Source: Leptonemataceae bacterium (GTDB lineage: Bacteria; Spirochaetota; Leptospiria; Leptospirales; Leptonemataceae). Taken from it: a stretch of DNA of 64,000 nt. Below, in pieces: positions 50,783-61,626 of the stretch. The stretch covers positions 2,272,001 through 2,336,000 of the forward strand of contig OZ245742.1 of NCBI GenBank assembly GCA_965227295.1, in the 5' to 3' direction. Numbering within the stretch: the stretch's first letter is position 1; the number at the start of each line of letters is the position of its first letter. The translations under genes and the position numbers were made by a program. The notes beneath the pieces are model-generated. The model was not told the DNA's origin, did not search any database, and saw only the letters and a program-made list of their open reading frames with translations.

Positions 50783-51277
50783 GTGAAAGCGGAAACTGTC
50801 GAACGAGCGAAATCATTGCCGGATAAACAGGACCAGAAACAGACCGGCGGAGCGCAGGCGAAAGACCTCAGCAACGTCGCGTCGCGTTTGAAAGCGCATC
50901 TCACCGAACTCGAACGCGAGTACGTGCGCCTGGAAGCCGAGCTGAAGAAAAAGAAAGCGGCCCGGGCGGATCGTGAAGCCGCCGACGGTGACGAACGTGC
51001 GCGCCTGGACGAGCTGCACTACAGCGTTAAGAAGTCCGAGGCCTACGCCAAAAAGCAGCGCGAGTTCCTCGACAAACTGAAAGTCTTTCACGAGCGCAAC
51101 GAATCACTGCTCAACACCATCGCCGATCGCTTAGGTGACCTTGAGCGTGAGTTTGTCGACGGCGCCCCCGAGCAGGCCGGCGACCGCGAACGCCTGCGCG
51201 GCGAACTGGTGTCCATGCTCTCCGAACTACAGACCATGCGCCAACGCCGTGAGACGTTGCTACAGAAATTGCAATAG
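50783..51277 (+). CDS. Coiled-coil hypothetical protein
   Basis: 164-aa charged heptad-rich ORF. Confidence 0.65.
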   Translation: MKAETVERAKSLPDKQDQKQTGGAQAKDLSNVASRLKAHLTELEREYVRLEAELKKKKAARADREAADGDERARLDELHYSVKKSEAYAKKQREFLDKLKVFHERNESLLNTIADRLGDLEREFVDGAPEQAGDRERLRGELVSMLSELQTMRQRRETLLQKLQ

Positions 51278-51397
51278 TCAAGTCGCTTCTTCCGCGCGGG
51301 GTCACGCCCAAACTAACTTCAGAACATCTACACTTAGATTCGGAGCGTTCCCGAGTCGAAGCCATCTTAAACAGCGCGTTCCCGAGTCGCAGCAGTC

Positions 51398-52012
51398 TTA
51401 ACCGGTCAGCACCGGCATATCCGCCAGGTACTGCTCAATCCCGCTCATGATCATCTCGACGGCCACGCCGCCGATGAACAGGGCGTTGGTGCGCATGAGG
51501 ATCGCGAAGTACTTGCCCAGCAAGGTTTCCGACGCCCCGCTCAGCCGATCGAAGATCACGTGATACAACACCAGCACCACGAAGTTCACGGCCAGCACCC
51601 CGCCGATCAGGCCCAGGGAGATCGGAGCCGGGTGTTCCCGACCGATCAATAACGCCACCCAGATGGTTCCCGGCCCCACCATGTACGGCAGCGAGATTTG
51701 CGTGGCCAGTTCGGAGATGTCGCCGCGAAAGAGCAGGTTGCTGCCCGCGCCCTGGGTCACGTAACGATAAGCGATGTAGAGCATGATCAAGCCGCCGAAG
51801 ATTTGCAACGAGGCCAGGCGGACCTGGAAGATCGTGCTCATGATGAAGTCGCCGAAGAGCGCGAAGATTACGAAGACCCCGTACGACAACAGCGTGGCGC
51901 GCAAATGCACGCCCATGAATTCCCGCGGGCGCAGGCGTTGCATGAGCTCACTGAGATACAGCGTCTGCGCGAAGGGGTTGAGGATCACGAGCATTAAGAG
52001 AAATTCTTGCAT
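51398..52012 (-). CDS. MarC family membrane protein
   Basis: VILNPF, IFGGLI, PYMVGPGTI; 6 TM. Confidence 0.88.
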   Translation of the reverse strand: MQEFLLMLVILNPFAQTLYLSELMQRLRPREFMGVHLRATLLSYGVFVIFALFGDFIMSTIFQVRLASLQIFGGLIMLYIAYRYVTQGAGSNLLFRGDISELATQISLPYMVGPGTIWVALLIGREHPAPISLGLIGGVLAVNFVVLVLYHVIFDRLSGASETLLGKYFAILMRTNALFIGGVAVEMIMSGIEQYLADMPVLTG

Positions 52013-52014
52013 GT

Positions 52015-53157
52015 TCAGCCGCTTATGGTGTCGTCGATAGGATTGTCCTCGATGAACTCGTCAAGAACATAAACTTCTACCGGATCGGTCTTACCGCGAA
52101 TTTCCATGGTGCCCGCCGGCCGCACGCTGACGTGGTCTTTCACGGCCTCGTAGGTCGCGGCGTCCATGACGATGTCCACGCCGCCCTCGATGACCTTCGT
52201 CTGCTCCTGGAGTCGTGCCGCCAGGTTTACCGGATCGCCGAGCACCGAGTACTCCATGCGTCGCCAGCTCCCGACGTTGCCCGCGAAGATGTTGCCCGTG
52301 GCAATGCCGATGCCGATGCGCAACGGATCGCCGCCCGGCGTGCCGCCGGTGTGTTCGTTGAAGATCTTCACGTAGTTGCGCATGTAAGCCGCGGTCTTCA
52401 CGCAGTTGTAGACGTCGTTTTCGCCCGGCTGCGGACAACCGAACGTGGCCAGGATGCCGTCGCCGGTGAGTTTGTTTACCGAACCCAGGTTGCCGAAGAC
52501 CAGGTCCATCATGTCCGTAAAGATGGTACTCAGGAAGTCCGCGAATTCGTTGGGATCCATGTGTTCGGCGATGCCCGTGCTGTTGCGGATGTCCATGAAC
52601 AGCAACGAGGCGTCGAGCTTGGTGCCGCCCAGTTCGGCCTTAATTTCTTCTGAAAGAATCTTTTCGACGAGGTCGCTGGAGAAGTACTTCGATAGCAGGC
52701 CCTTCTCACGCTCCAGCTTCGCGTTGACGTCGTTCAGCCGGCGCTTGTACTTGAGCAGCTCCAGAGAGTTCTGAATCTTGAGCGTCAGCTCGGCCATGCG
52801 AATGGGCTTCGCAATGAACTCGGTCGCCCCGCTCGACAGACAGACGATGGTCGTTTCTTCGGAGTCGTCCGAGGACATGATCATGACCGGGACGTCGGCG
52901 GTCTCCGGGGCTTCGCGGATCTCTTTGAGAACGACCATGCCCGGCGTGTTCGGCAAATACAGATCCAGCAACACGAGGTCCGGCACCCAGGTTTTGAGAA
53001 GATCCAGGGCCTCCGGGCCGTCGTCGGCGGCGCGGACCTCGTAGCCCAGCATGCCGACGTACTGGCGGACCAATGCGAGTTGATCAGGATCGTCCTCGAT
53101 CACGAGGATACGATCCGCGGTGCCCGTTGCAGTTGTCGAATTGTGCACTTCGTTCAC
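52015..53157 (-). CDS. Response regulator receiver + adenylate/guanylate cyclase
   Basis: IEDD, PDLVLLD, KP; FMDIRNST, KLTGDG, GDPVNLAAR. Confidence 0.92.
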   Translation of the reverse strand: MNEVHNSTTATGTADRILVIEDDPDQLALVRQYVGMLGYEVRAADDGPEALDLLKTWVPDLVLLDLYLPNTPGMVVLKEIREAPETADVPVMIMSSDDSEETTIVCLSSGATEFIAKPIRMAELTLKIQNSLELLKYKRRLNDVNAKLEREKGLLSKYFSSDLVEKILSEEIKAELGGTKLDASLLFMDIRNSTGIAEHMDPNEFADFLSTIFTDMMDLVFGNLGSVNKLTGDGILATFGCPQPGENDVYNCVKTAAYMRNYVKIFNEHTGGTPGGDPLRIGIGIATGNIFAGNVGSWRRMEYSVLGDPVNLAARLQEQTKVIEGGVDIVMDAATYEAVKDHVSVRPAGTMEIRGKTDPVEVYVLDEFIEDNPIDDTISG

Positions 53158-53160
53158 GGT

Positions 53161-54003
53161 TCAACCGCTGACGACTTGTTTATAGAAGGGATGGTCCTGA
53201 ATCAAAGCGTAGCGGCCCTCGCCGAACTCTTTGGCCAGGAGATCTTCGGCCTGGTAATGTGCGACGAGCGCATCTTTGCGGGATAGGTCGCGTTCGAAGA
53301 GGGGAATGCCGATCAGCTCTCGCGCGACGAGGCTGCCCAGGGCGGAAAGGCGCACCAGGTCGGACATCTCGCCGATGCGGGCGGCGTCGAATTCGTGTTC
53401 GGAGATGATTTCTTTGAGTTGCTCCGGCAGCTTCCAGGTATTAAAAACCGTGCGGCCGATTTCCACGTGGTCGGTCTTGAACGTTTCCCGCTCCATCTCC
53501 ACGAAGTCCCGGTCGCGTTTCTCCGCCGTTTCCAGGAGGAGCTTGTATTGTTTCGACTGGTTCAATGCGAAGATGGTCATGCCGATTTTATGCAGCAGGC
53601 CGCCGACGAAGATCTCGTCCTTGAATTCCTTGTGGCCCAGCTTCTGGCACAGCTCCTGGGCGACCAGGGCCGCGACGATGGGAAACTCCTGTAAGTACTT
53701 TACGAGCATTTCGCCTTTGAGCGAGCCCGAGATGCTCTGCGTGGAGAGCAGGATGACGAGGTTCTTTACCGTCTTTAAGCCGAGCAGGGTGATGGCGTCG
53801 CGCAGGGTCTTGACCTTGCCGGAGCGACCGTAGAACGCGGAGTTGGAGATGCGCAGAATCTCCGCGCTGACACCCTTGTCCGGCGTAATGATTTGTTCCA
53901 GGGAGTAGCTGCTGGCCTTGTCCGAGTTCGGGTCGAACTGCATGACCTGGATGGCCACCATCGATAGTGGAGGAATTTTAGTTTCGGAAAGGTTCTCGTT
54001 CAT
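53161..54003 (-). CDS. HDOD domain protein
   Basis: ILRISNSAFYG, AITLLG, GLLHKIG, DHVEIG....WKLP. Confidence 0.9.
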   Translation of the reverse strand: MNENLSETKIPPLSMVAIQVMQFDPNSDKASSYSLEQIITPDKGVSAEILRISNSAFYGRSGKVKTLRDAITLLGLKTVKNLVILLSTQSISGSLKGEMLVKYLQEFPIVAALVAQELCQKLGHKEFKDEIFVGGLLHKIGMTIFALNQSKQYKLLLETAEKRDRDFVEMERETFKTDHVEIGRTVFNTWKLPEQLKEIISEHEFDAARIGEMSDLVRLSALGSLVARELIGIPLFERDLSRKDALVAHYQAEDLLAKEFGEGRYALIQDHPFYKQVVSG

Positions 54004-54107
54004 ATGGTTACGGCAACGCGCGGTAAATCAGCCTGTGGACGCATCCTGAGATTACTCCGGGAATCCAACAATACTTTTTCGTCGCGTAAATGCGTGCACC
54101 TCATGAG

Positions 54108-56417
54108 CTACCTGTCTTCCGCCAGCTTGCAATAGATGCGCATGTCCTCCAGGTCAAGGCGGTCCAGTTCCAACTGCCACTCTTCGCCGAGAAACGCCGG
54201 TCGGCCCAGGGCCTTGATGTACGCGGAGAAGCGGTCCGGCAGGAGCAACTCGCGTTCGTCGGTCAGATGAAAGGCCATGACCACCGCTTCGGCGGGCAGC
54301 CCCTCGATTTCCAGAAAGACCCGATCGAATTTGATTCCGGTAATGAACCCGGTGAATTTGGTGATACCTTCCTGGCGTACGTAACGCAGGACTTTCAGTT
54401 TGAAGATGTCCCGCTCGGCTTCCATGGCCGTGCGTTCCTGTTCGCTCGTGTGAATTGCCAGCTCATCGACGTCGTCCCGGGTGTAGGGTTGCTTCTTGCG
54501 CTGGATCAACGCCTGCAACGAACGATGGACCACCAGGTCCGGGTAGCGGCGAATGGGTGACGTGAAGTGACAGTAGTTCTCGAAGCCCAGGCCCCAGTGA
54601 CCCCGCGGGTCCGGGGAATACACCGCCTGCATAAACGACCTCAGCATGAGCACGTGAAAGGTATGCAGCAGTCGTTCTCCGCCGACGTGTTTTTCGACAA
54701 TGCGCATCACTTTTTGTAACGACGTGCCGCTGGTGTCCTTGAGTTCGGCGGGGATGTTGTATGAACCGAAGAACTGGTTCAGGTTCTCGGCCTTGCGCGG
54801 GTCCATGGGATCGTGGACGCGATACAAGGTATGCGCCTTGTGTTTCTTTAAGTACGCCGCGACGCAGGTGTTCGCGGAGAGCATGCACTCTTCGATCAAC
54901 ATGGACGACTTCAGTCGCTCGCGATAGTTGATGCTTTCCACGCTGTTGTTCTTGCCGACCTTGATCTTCGCCTCGGGAATGTCCAGGTCGATGCGGCCGA
55001 ACTTCATGCGCCGTTTGCGTTGGGATTGCGCGAGCTTCCAGATCTTGCGCACCATATCCGCGATCTCACGATCCGGGAATTCGTGCGGCGTCTGATCGTC
55101 GTCGTCCGGTTTCGGCGCGGGCCGTTTGCCTTTGCGTCCCGCGGCTTCCGGCGGCGGCGGGATTTCGTTCGCGCCTTCGAGAATGTTCTCGGCGGTTTCG
55201 TAGGTCAGGCGCCGGTCCACGCGGATCACGGACTTGTAGAATTCAGCCGCCGTAAGTTTGCCGTCGCTCAGGCGAATCTCCATCTCCGCCGTAAAGGCCA
55301 GGCGATTCGTATGCGCTACGAGCGAACACAGATTTTCCGAAAGCGCGGGCGGCAGCATGGGCACCACCCAGTTCGCCAGGTAGTACGAGGTCGCGCGGCG
55401 CCGGGCCTCTTTGTCCAGCTCCGAGTTCTGTTCCACGTAGTAACTCACGTCGGCGATGTGCACGAAGAGTTTCACCGTGCCGCGTTTGTGTTTTACGAAC
55501 GTCAACGCATCGTCGAAGTCTTTGGACTCCGCGCCGTCGATGGTGATGGTCGGCAGGTCGCGCAGGTCCCGGCGGTTGTTCCAGTCGCGTACGTTCTTGC
55601 GATTCGGCTCTTCGTCGGCCTTCGGAATTTTCACGTTCGGATAGGCCGTTTGCAGATCATACTTCAACATGATGCGCGCGAAGTCCGGATCGAGGTCCGA
55701 GTCGTCCTCGAAGCGTTCGAAGATCGCCTCCTGCAACTGCGCGCCCTGGTGATAGACGCGTTTGCCGGTAAGCTTCACGATTACGATGATGTCCGGTTCC
55801 AGGCGCTCCACCGCGTCGGCGGAAAGTCGCGAGACGTCCGCCGCGGCGACCAGGCGTGAAGGCAGGTCCAGGACTTCCCCGGCCACGCCGCCGGCCTTCG
55901 GCCGCGTGAGCAAACGCATGCGGTGAAACGAACGCGAACGATTGACGACGTCCAGGACCTCGCCTTCGAAGCGGTCCCGGGTGCGATCCTTGAGGCGAAT
56001 GAGCACCTGATCTCCGGAGAGCGCGTCTTTGGTGTGCGGCGGGGCCACGAAGACGTCCCGGGCATCGCTACCGGTGCCGCGGACGTTGACGAAGGCGACG
56101 CCCTTGGGACTGAAAGAAATCTTGCCGCGGAGCAAGAACGGTTTGCGCACCTGGTAGAGGCCGTTGCCCACGGAGCGCAAGGCGTCGAGTTCTTCCAGGG
56201 CTGAGAGCAGTTCTTCGAGGTACTCTTTGGCGTCGGCCGACATTTGCGGTTCGCGTTTGTTTTTCTTGTTCGGCTTGCCGCCTTTGCGGTCGCCCTTGCG
56301 GCCTTTGTTCGAGTTGGACCATTCGGCCAGTTCCCGGCGCAGTTCACGGAGTTTGATCTTCTGGCCGGCGTGTTTTTCTAAGTAACGCAGTAATGGTGCT
56401 GCTGAGGGTAGTTTCAT
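54108..56417 (-). CDS. rnr: Ribonuclease R (RNB family)
   Basis: TIDGAESKDFDDA, HIADVS, PMLP, HFTSPIRRYPDL. Confidence 0.92.
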   Translation of the reverse strand: MKLPSAAPLLRYLEKHAGQKIKLRELRRELAEWSNSNKGRKGDRKGGKPNKKNKREPQMSADAKEYLEELLSALEELDALRSVGNGLYQVRKPFLLRGKISFSPKGVAFVNVRGTGSDARDVFVAPPHTKDALSGDQVLIRLKDRTRDRFEGEVLDVVNRSRSFHRMRLLTRPKAGGVAGEVLDLPSRLVAAADVSRLSADAVERLEPDIIVIVKLTGKRVYHQGAQLQEAIFERFEDDSDLDPDFARIMLKYDLQTAYPNVKIPKADEEPNRKNVRDWNNRRDLRDLPTITIDGAESKDFDDALTFVKHKRGTVKLFVHIADVSYYVEQNSELDKEARRRATSYYLANWVVPMLPPALSENLCSLVAHTNRLAFTAEMEIRLSDGKLTAAEFYKSVIRVDRRLTYETAENILEGANEIPPPPEAAGRKGKRPAPKPDDDDQTPHEFPDREIADMVRKIWKLAQSQRKRRMKFGRIDLDIPEAKIKVGKNNSVESINYRERLKSSMLIEECMLSANTCVAAYLKKHKAHTLYRVHDPMDPRKAENLNQFFGSYNIPAELKDTSGTSLQKVMRIVEKHVGGERLLHTFHVLMLRSFMQAVYSPDPRGHWGLGFENYCHFTSPIRRYPDLVVHRSLQALIQRKKQPYTRDDVDELAIHTSEQERTAMEAERDIFKLKVLRYVRQEGITKFTGFITGIKFDRVFLEIEGLPAEAVVMAFHLTDERELLLPDRFSAYIKALGRPAFLGEEWQLELDRLDLEDMRIYCKLAEDR

Positions 56418-56455
56418 AGTGTTTGTCTTTTTGTTTAAGTTTGATTTCGGTGATG

Positions 56456-57181
56456 TTAGCCCGGAGTCAGGCCTTCCGGGAATTTTGCCCGGGCCGGGTC
56501 TTCGCGTAGATACACCGGCAGGACTTCGCCGAAGCTGCGCGCCACGCCGAAAGCGGCGAGTTCGCAGAGGAGGCGCGCGGAGGGAACCCGCGGCCAGGCC
56601 TCGAGTAAATCCGCACGTGCTCCGTGACGCACGTACGCGCGTACGGCGCCGAGGTCGTCGGCGAAGTAGCGCGGTGTCTGCCCGCGTTCCGCGCAACGAT
56701 CCATGAGTTCGTTCGGGGCGATGTCCAGGAGTTCGACGTCGTGATGCCCGGTGTTCCGGGCAGCGTCCGTCGACATGACGCAGGCGTAGGTGCGCTGCTG
56801 TTTGCCGTCGATGAGCACGGCCAGGTCCGAAGTCCCGGCTTCCATCTCGCAGGCAATGCAGTAAGCATAATACCGTAACGAAGAAACGGCACGCACCGGG
56901 ATGTCCCAGAGCTGCGCCAGATTACGAACCAGGCCCACGCTGATGCGCAGTCCCGTAAACGATCCGGGACCGACGGCCGTTGCGATCCAGTCGGGCCGCT
57001 GGATCTTGCTTTCGCGCAGCACCTCGCGCACCACCGGCACGAGTTGCTGAAACGATTCCCGCGGCGCTTCGAAGGAACGCTCCACGGATTGTCCGCCGTC
57101 GATGAGGCCCACGGTGATCCAGCGATTCGTGGCGTCCACGGCCAGACAACTTCCGGCCGGCTGTTGCAGGGCACGACTCAT
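56456..57181 (-). CDS. tsaB: tRNA t6A biosynthesis protein TsaB
   Basis: LAVDAT; GPGSFTGLRI; PVYLR. Confidence 0.92.
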   Translation of the reverse strand: MSRALQQPAGSCLAVDATNRWITVGLIDGGQSVERSFEAPRESFQQLVPVVREVLRESKIQRPDWIATAVGPGSFTGLRISVGLVRNLAQLWDIPVRAVSSLRYYAYCIACEMEAGTSDLAVLIDGKQQRTYACVMSTDAARNTGHHDVELLDIAPNELMDRCAERGQTPRYFADDLGAVRAYVRHGARADLLEAWPRVPSARLLCELAAFGVARSFGEVLPVYLREDPARAKFPEGLTPG

Positions 57182-57711
57182 GTTCCGTAGAACGCGAAGA
57201 CGCGCCCCTCCTCATCGAAGTCGTACTGCCCCGAGCCGGCGCCGTGCGCATCGTCGATGCTTACGTGCAAACGAAAGATCGGTACGGTGTCCGCGGACGG
57301 ATAGTAGTCCCGGCCGCGTTCCCACCACTCGACGGCATGCAATTGCGGGCGATCCGCTCCGACCGCGGCGTCGCGAAAGCGCCCGGCCCAGCGATCGGCG
57401 AAGTCCAGTTGTTCGAGTTCCGCGGGAGTACTCAGGCGGTACAGATCATAATGATACAAATCGCAAACCTTTCCTTCGTAGATGTTAAGCAGATTGAACG
57501 TGGGGCTGTTGATCAACCCGGCCACGCCCAGGCTCGTTCCCAGGGAACGTACGAAGGCGGTCTTGCCGGCGCCCAGTTCGCCTTCGAGAAACAGGAGCGT
57601 CAGCCGGCGCGGGTGCAGATACTCGGCAAAGATCTTCGCGGCCAGCCGTTCCGTGCCGGCGAGATCCGCCGTGCGTTCTTCCAGCAAGAGCTTCGCAGGA
57701 GCCGGGGTCAC
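57178..57711 (-). CDS. tsaE: tRNA t6A biosynthesis ATPase TsaE
   Basis: LEGELGAGKTAFV, SPTFNL, HYDLYRL, VEW. Confidence 0.93.
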   Translation of the reverse strand: MTPAPAKLLLEERTADLAGTERLAAKIFAEYLHPRRLTLLFLEGELGAGKTAFVRSLGTSLGVAGLINSPTFNLLNIYEGKVCDLYHYDLYRLSTPAELEQLDFADRWAGRFRDAAVGADRPQLHAVEWWERGRDYYPSADTVPIFRLHVSIDDAHGAGSGQYDFDEEGRVFAFYGT

Positions 57712-58148
57712 GACGGCGGCCGTCCCCGGCGACGGCCCTGGCCTTGCGAGCCGGCACTGCGCCGACGCCGGGCCGCTGTCTTCCGCGCGGGCGCACTGCC
57801 GTCTCGTGTGTCTCGTTGCACGCCGGCCTGCCGGGCGAAGCTGCGTTCCGACGCGGGTTCCGGGCGCGAACGTTCCGCCGGGGCCCGACGCCGTGGCCGC
57901 CGGAGGTCTTCGTCCACCGACGGCTCGCGCAATCGCCCGAGCACGATGTAGGACGCGCCGAGATACGCCAGCACGACGATCAGCAAAAAGAACGCGCTCG
58001 CCGCGCCCAGGTAGTCCGGGTCGAGGGTGTCCGGTATGATCAACAGCGCCGGATCGTACCAGGCGATGAGATGATAGAACAGGACGTAGAAGACGAGGCC
58101 GTAGACGGTGAAGACGATCGTAAACAGTATTTTCTGAACGGAAGTCAC
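57708..58148 (-). CDS. Small 2-TM membrane protein
   Basis: Two hydrophobic helices and a basic tail; GTGA overlap with tsaE. Confidence 0.6.
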   Translation of the reverse strand: MTSVQKILFTIVFTVYGLVFYVLFYHLIAWYDPALLIIPDTLDPDYLGAASAFFLLIVVLAYLGASYIVLGRLREPSVDEDLRRPRRRAPAERSRPEPASERSFARQAGVQRDTRDGSAPARKTAARRRRSAGSQGQGRRRGRPPS

Positions 58149-58193
58149 GGGGAATCGTTGCCGCGCCGCGCCTCCGCTCAGACGGTGCCCGGC

Positions 58194-58724
58194 ATGATGG
58201 TGATGACGGGCGGCATCTCCCAATTCGTAGCGTTTCTGTGGGGCGGCGGGCCGGTGATGGCGTTTCTGATTGTACTCTCCGTGCTGATTCTCGCAACCGG
58301 CGTGTACTGCTACCATCAATTCATAACGCTCCGGACGGTCAATCATCCCGTGCACGCGCGTATGCAGGAATTGCTCCGCCTGTATCCCCGCCTGGACGCC
58401 GACGACGCCTTCGACCTGGCCGTCTACGGACTGCGCCGGGCGGTCCACTGGCTCGCCTACCTGGCGCACATCGCCACGCTCTCGGGTTTGCTGGGCACGG
58501 TCCTGGGGATCCGCGAAAGTTTCAGCCGTCTCTCCGGGGCGAACACCGCCATGTTGCAGATCATCGCGTCGGGGATCGATCAGGCCATCGCCACGACCAT
58601 CGTGGGCCTGAGTCTGGCCATACCGGCGCTGTTGTTGCACTATTACTTTCGCGATCAACTGCGCCGCGCGGAACTGGAACTCCCGCTCCAGTTCGAACAG
58701 CGCGGACCGGAGATGGGGACGTGA
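58194..58724 (+). CDS. MotA/TolQ/ExbB family protein
   Basis: GGPVM..L; GLLGTVLGI..SF; GI.QA..TT..GL..AIPA. Confidence 0.88.
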   Translation: MMVMTGGISQFVAFLWGGGPVMAFLIVLSVLILATGVYCYHQFITLRTVNHPVHARMQELLRLYPRLDADDAFDLAVYGLRRAVHWLAYLAHIATLSGLLGTVLGIRESFSRLSGANTAMLQIIASGIDQAIATTIVGLSLAIPALLLHYYFRDQLRRAELELPLQFEQRGPEMGT

Positions 58725-59140
58725 GTCGTCGGCGCCGCCGCCGCGCCGAGAACGGCGAGGGCGGCGAAGATCTGCCGCTTACATCCATGCTGGACGCGGT
58801 GTTTATTCTGCTCATTTTTTTGATGATTGCTGTCAATTTTCAGGAGTCGGCTCTAACCCTGGATTTGCCCGAGGTGGCCGAAGCGCCGGGGACGGGCGAC
58901 GACGTCTACGCCACGGTGCTGGTGGATGCGGAGGAACGCATCTTCGTGAGCGGCGGCGGTTTACAACTGCGCGAGGTGCAGGACGCGGAACTCCGCAATG
59001 TTGCGGAGGGCTGGTCGCGGCGAGCGATTCGCCTGGAAGCGGACGCCGCGGCGAACTTCGCCGCGGTGGTGCGGGTGTTCGACGCTTTGCGATCCGCGGG
59101 GGTGGAGCGCTTGCGCATCGGTGTGCGCGAAGCGCGGTAG
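58721..59140 (+). CDS. ExbD/TolR family protein
   Basis: LTSMLDAVFILLIFLMI; LDLP; AD.......VV.V.D. Confidence 0.88.
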   Translation: MSRRRRRRAENGEGGEDLPLTSMLDAVFILLIFLMIAVNFQESALTLDLPEVAEAPGTGDDVYATVLVDAEERIFVSGGGLQLREVQDAELRNVAEGWSRRAIRLEADAAANFAAVVRVFDALRSAGVERLRIGVREAR

Positions 59141-59244
59141 CAGCCGGCCGCGAGTCACGGGAAGGTTTGCAATATTTTCTCTGTACGTTGTTGTTCTTCT
59201 CAGGCCGGCGGTTATGATCGGAACAACGACGGTGTATTAGAGAA

Positions 59245-60399
59245 ATGTTAAGATTTTTTGCGCGACAGCTACAGCTTCCGATTTTGTCGGCCGTGTTCTT
59301 TGCGTCGTTCTTGTTCGTACACACCTCACTCTCCGCGCAAATCACCTGCACCGGTACCGCGTGCGACTATATTCCGCTGACGCCGGAAGAGTACAATCAG
59401 GCCTTCTACGAGATTCAGAATCAGTACACCCGTGGTCTGTTTGACGATATGGCCGAGGCCCTGGTCATCGCAAACATCACCACGCCGTACATCGGCACCG
59501 TAAATTTACAGGGCGTAACCTTCGGTGCAAACGTCGGCGCCGGTTATACGGAAGGCAATGAGATAGACATCGACGTGCCCGGCGTCGGCATCATTGAGGA
59601 TATTCCGTCCGGCGGTGCGGCCATCAACGGCCGGCTCTTCGGCGGCGTGAACCTCGGCTGGTTGCTCAGCCAACCCTTCGATCCGTACGCCGAAGACGAG
59701 AACGGCGATCGTCGTACGCCGTCGCTCCTGGCCCTGTCGCGCTTCGACGTTTATTTCGGCGGCTTCAAACACACGCAAACGTTCAGTGACGAGTACAACA
59801 TCGACGGACGTCTGCGGGCCACGGTGCGTTCCGAGAGTTTCGAAGTACGCTATCATCTTATAGAAGGCAGCGAGGTCTTCGGCGGTCCGCTGTTGCGCTT
59901 TCGCGGTGTCTCCCTCGGCGCGGGGTACGCGAGCAGTGCCCAGCGCCTCCGTTTCGCTCAAGAAGATACCGAACCCCTGGGCCTGAACCTGGTGGAAGGC
60001 GTGCGCCTGGAGTGGATCGGCCAGAACGTGGCCCTGCTCGAAAACAACGTGCGCAGTACCATGATCGAATTGCACACGGGCATTCAGTTGCTGTATTTTT
60101 TGAATCTCACCATCGGCGGCGGCATTGCGAAAAGCAAAGGCCAGACCGATTTCTTCCTGACCCGCTACGGTCCCGTATACGTCTCGGGCTCGGATCCGCT
60201 GTCGGCGCTACTGGGAAACAATTCCCAGGGGAACGCGCTGCTCACCCTGAGCCTGCTCGAACAGGGCGAAGTACCTGAAGACCTGCATTACCTCAAGGGC
60301 GGCGTGGAGTTCAATCTCTGGGCGCTGAAGATCGGCATTCAGGGCACTATGACCCGCGCGAACTACGGGGCGAACGTCGGGTTGCGCTTCGAGTTTTAG
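59245..60399 (+). CDS. Outer-membrane beta-barrel-like protein (Lsa36-like)
   Basis: Signal peptide then AQITCTGTAC; amphipathic strands; terminal Phe. Confidence 0.65.
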   Translation: MLRFFARQLQLPILSAVFFASFLFVHTSLSAQITCTGTACDYIPLTPEEYNQAFYEIQNQYTRGLFDDMAEALVIANITTPYIGTVNLQGVTFGANVGAGYTEGNEIDIDVPGVGIIEDIPSGGAAINGRLFGGVNLGWLLSQPFDPYAEDENGDRRTPSLLALSRFDVYFGGFKHTQTFSDEYNIDGRLRATVRSESFEVRYHLIEGSEVFGGPLLRFRGVSLGAGYASSAQRLRFAQEDTEPLGLNLVEGVRLEWIGQNVALLENNVRSTMIELHTGIQLLYFLNLTIGGGIAKSKGQTDFFLTRYGPVYVSGSDPLSALLGNNSQGNALLTLSLLEQGEVPEDLHYLKGGVEFNLWALKIGIQGTMTRANYGANVGLRFEF

Positions 60400-60644
60400 T
60401 CATGGTCGCGTTTGCGCTCGCTCGCCGCCTGCGTGAGTTGATGGAGATGGAACAACTCTACGCCGATGAGGACCTGGACCTCGGTCGCCTGGCCGACGCA
60501 TCAAGCGTGAGCGGCCACCAGCTTTCGGAGTAGGTCGCAGCGTCCGGGAGTATACCGCCGGACGTCCATGCGGATCACACCGGACGACCCGGCCCTTTGC
60601 ATGATGCATACTCCTCTCATGCAGACGAGCTGTCTGCGGGAGGT

Positions 60645-61571
60645 ATGCAAATGGACTTAGACTCTTTATCGTTTTTCGAAGCCGTGCCCTACGTCTTCCT
60701 GTCCGACACGATCTTCTGGCTGGTGCGTTACGCGCTCTTCGCGGGCGCGGCCTTTGTGTTCGTGTATTTCGTTGCGCGGAAATTGTTTCCGGCCCGGCGC
60801 ATCCAGAAGCGTGAGCCCGGCGAAGGCCGGCGCCTCAAGGAGATCGGCTGGTCCGTCGCGACGATTTTGATGTTCGCGACCATGGCCCTGGGCATCTACG
60901 CGCTCAAGCGCAGTGATACCACGTTGCTCTACATGGACATCAATGAGTACGGCTGGCTGTACTACGGCTGTTCCTGGATCGCGCTGATCCTGATTCACGA
61001 CGCCTACTTTTACTGGATGCATCGTTTCATGCACTGGGGGCCGGTCTATCGATATGTGCACTCGGTGCATCATCGTTCCACGAATCCGTCGCCGCTCGCG
61101 GCGCTGGCGTTTCATCCCCTCGAAGCGCTGCTTGAGTTTTCGTTCATGTTCCCGTTGCTCTTCGTGCTCCCGATGCACTTCTCGATCCTGGCGTTGTATC
61201 CTTCGCTTATGTTTCTTTCGAACGTCTACGGGCACCTCGGCTACGAGTTTCTGCCTTCCGGTTTTGCGCGCTCGAAGATCGGCCGTTATTTGCTGACGTC
61301 GTCGTTGCACAATGCGCATCATAAGAAGTTCTTCGTGAACTACGGCTTCTACTTTTACTGGTGGGACCGCTGGTTCGGCACGATCGACCCGGAGTACGAG
61401 AACGACTTTCGGAAAGATGCGGACGGCTTCAGGCATTTGAATCTTACGTTAGCGATTGGAGGGGCGCGCGGTAGCGCGCGTCCGGAGCGTAGCGGAGGAA
61501 CGGAAGTGAATTCATCTCTTCCCCACCGAGCGCGTAGCGCGGAGGGGAACGCCCTTATAAGCATTAACTGA
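60645..61571 (+). CDS. Sterol desaturase / fatty acid hydroxylase family
   Basis: His boxes YWMHRFMH, HSVHH, HPLE, HNAHH; NYG...WDR.FGT; the tail is read through a repeat element. Confidence 0.9.
   Translation: MQMDLDSLSFFEAVPYVFLSDTIFWLVRYALFAGAAFVFVYFVARKLFPARRIQKREPGEGRRLKEIGWSVATILMFATMALGIYALKRSDTTLLYMDINEYGWLYYGCSWIALILIHDAYFYWMHRFMHWGPVYRYVHSVHHRSTNPSPLAALAFHPLEALLEFSFMFPLLFVLPMHFSILALYPSLMFLSNVYGHLGYEFLPSGFARSKIGRYLLTSSLHNAHHKKFFVNYGFYFYWWDRWFGTIDPEYENDFRKDADGFRHLNLTLAIGGARGSARPERSGGTEVNSSLPHRARSAEGNALISIN
61447..61554 (-). repeat. Degenerate Flavo-1-like element
   Basis: Reverse complement GGGCGTT...TCCGCGCTACGCGCT...TCCTCCGCTACGCTCCGGAC...CCCTCCAATCGCTAACG. Confidence 0.65.
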
Positions 61572-61626
61572 TGATAAGTTTGCCGATCTGATTCTTAATA
61601 TAGCCAAATTATCAAAATGCTTATTT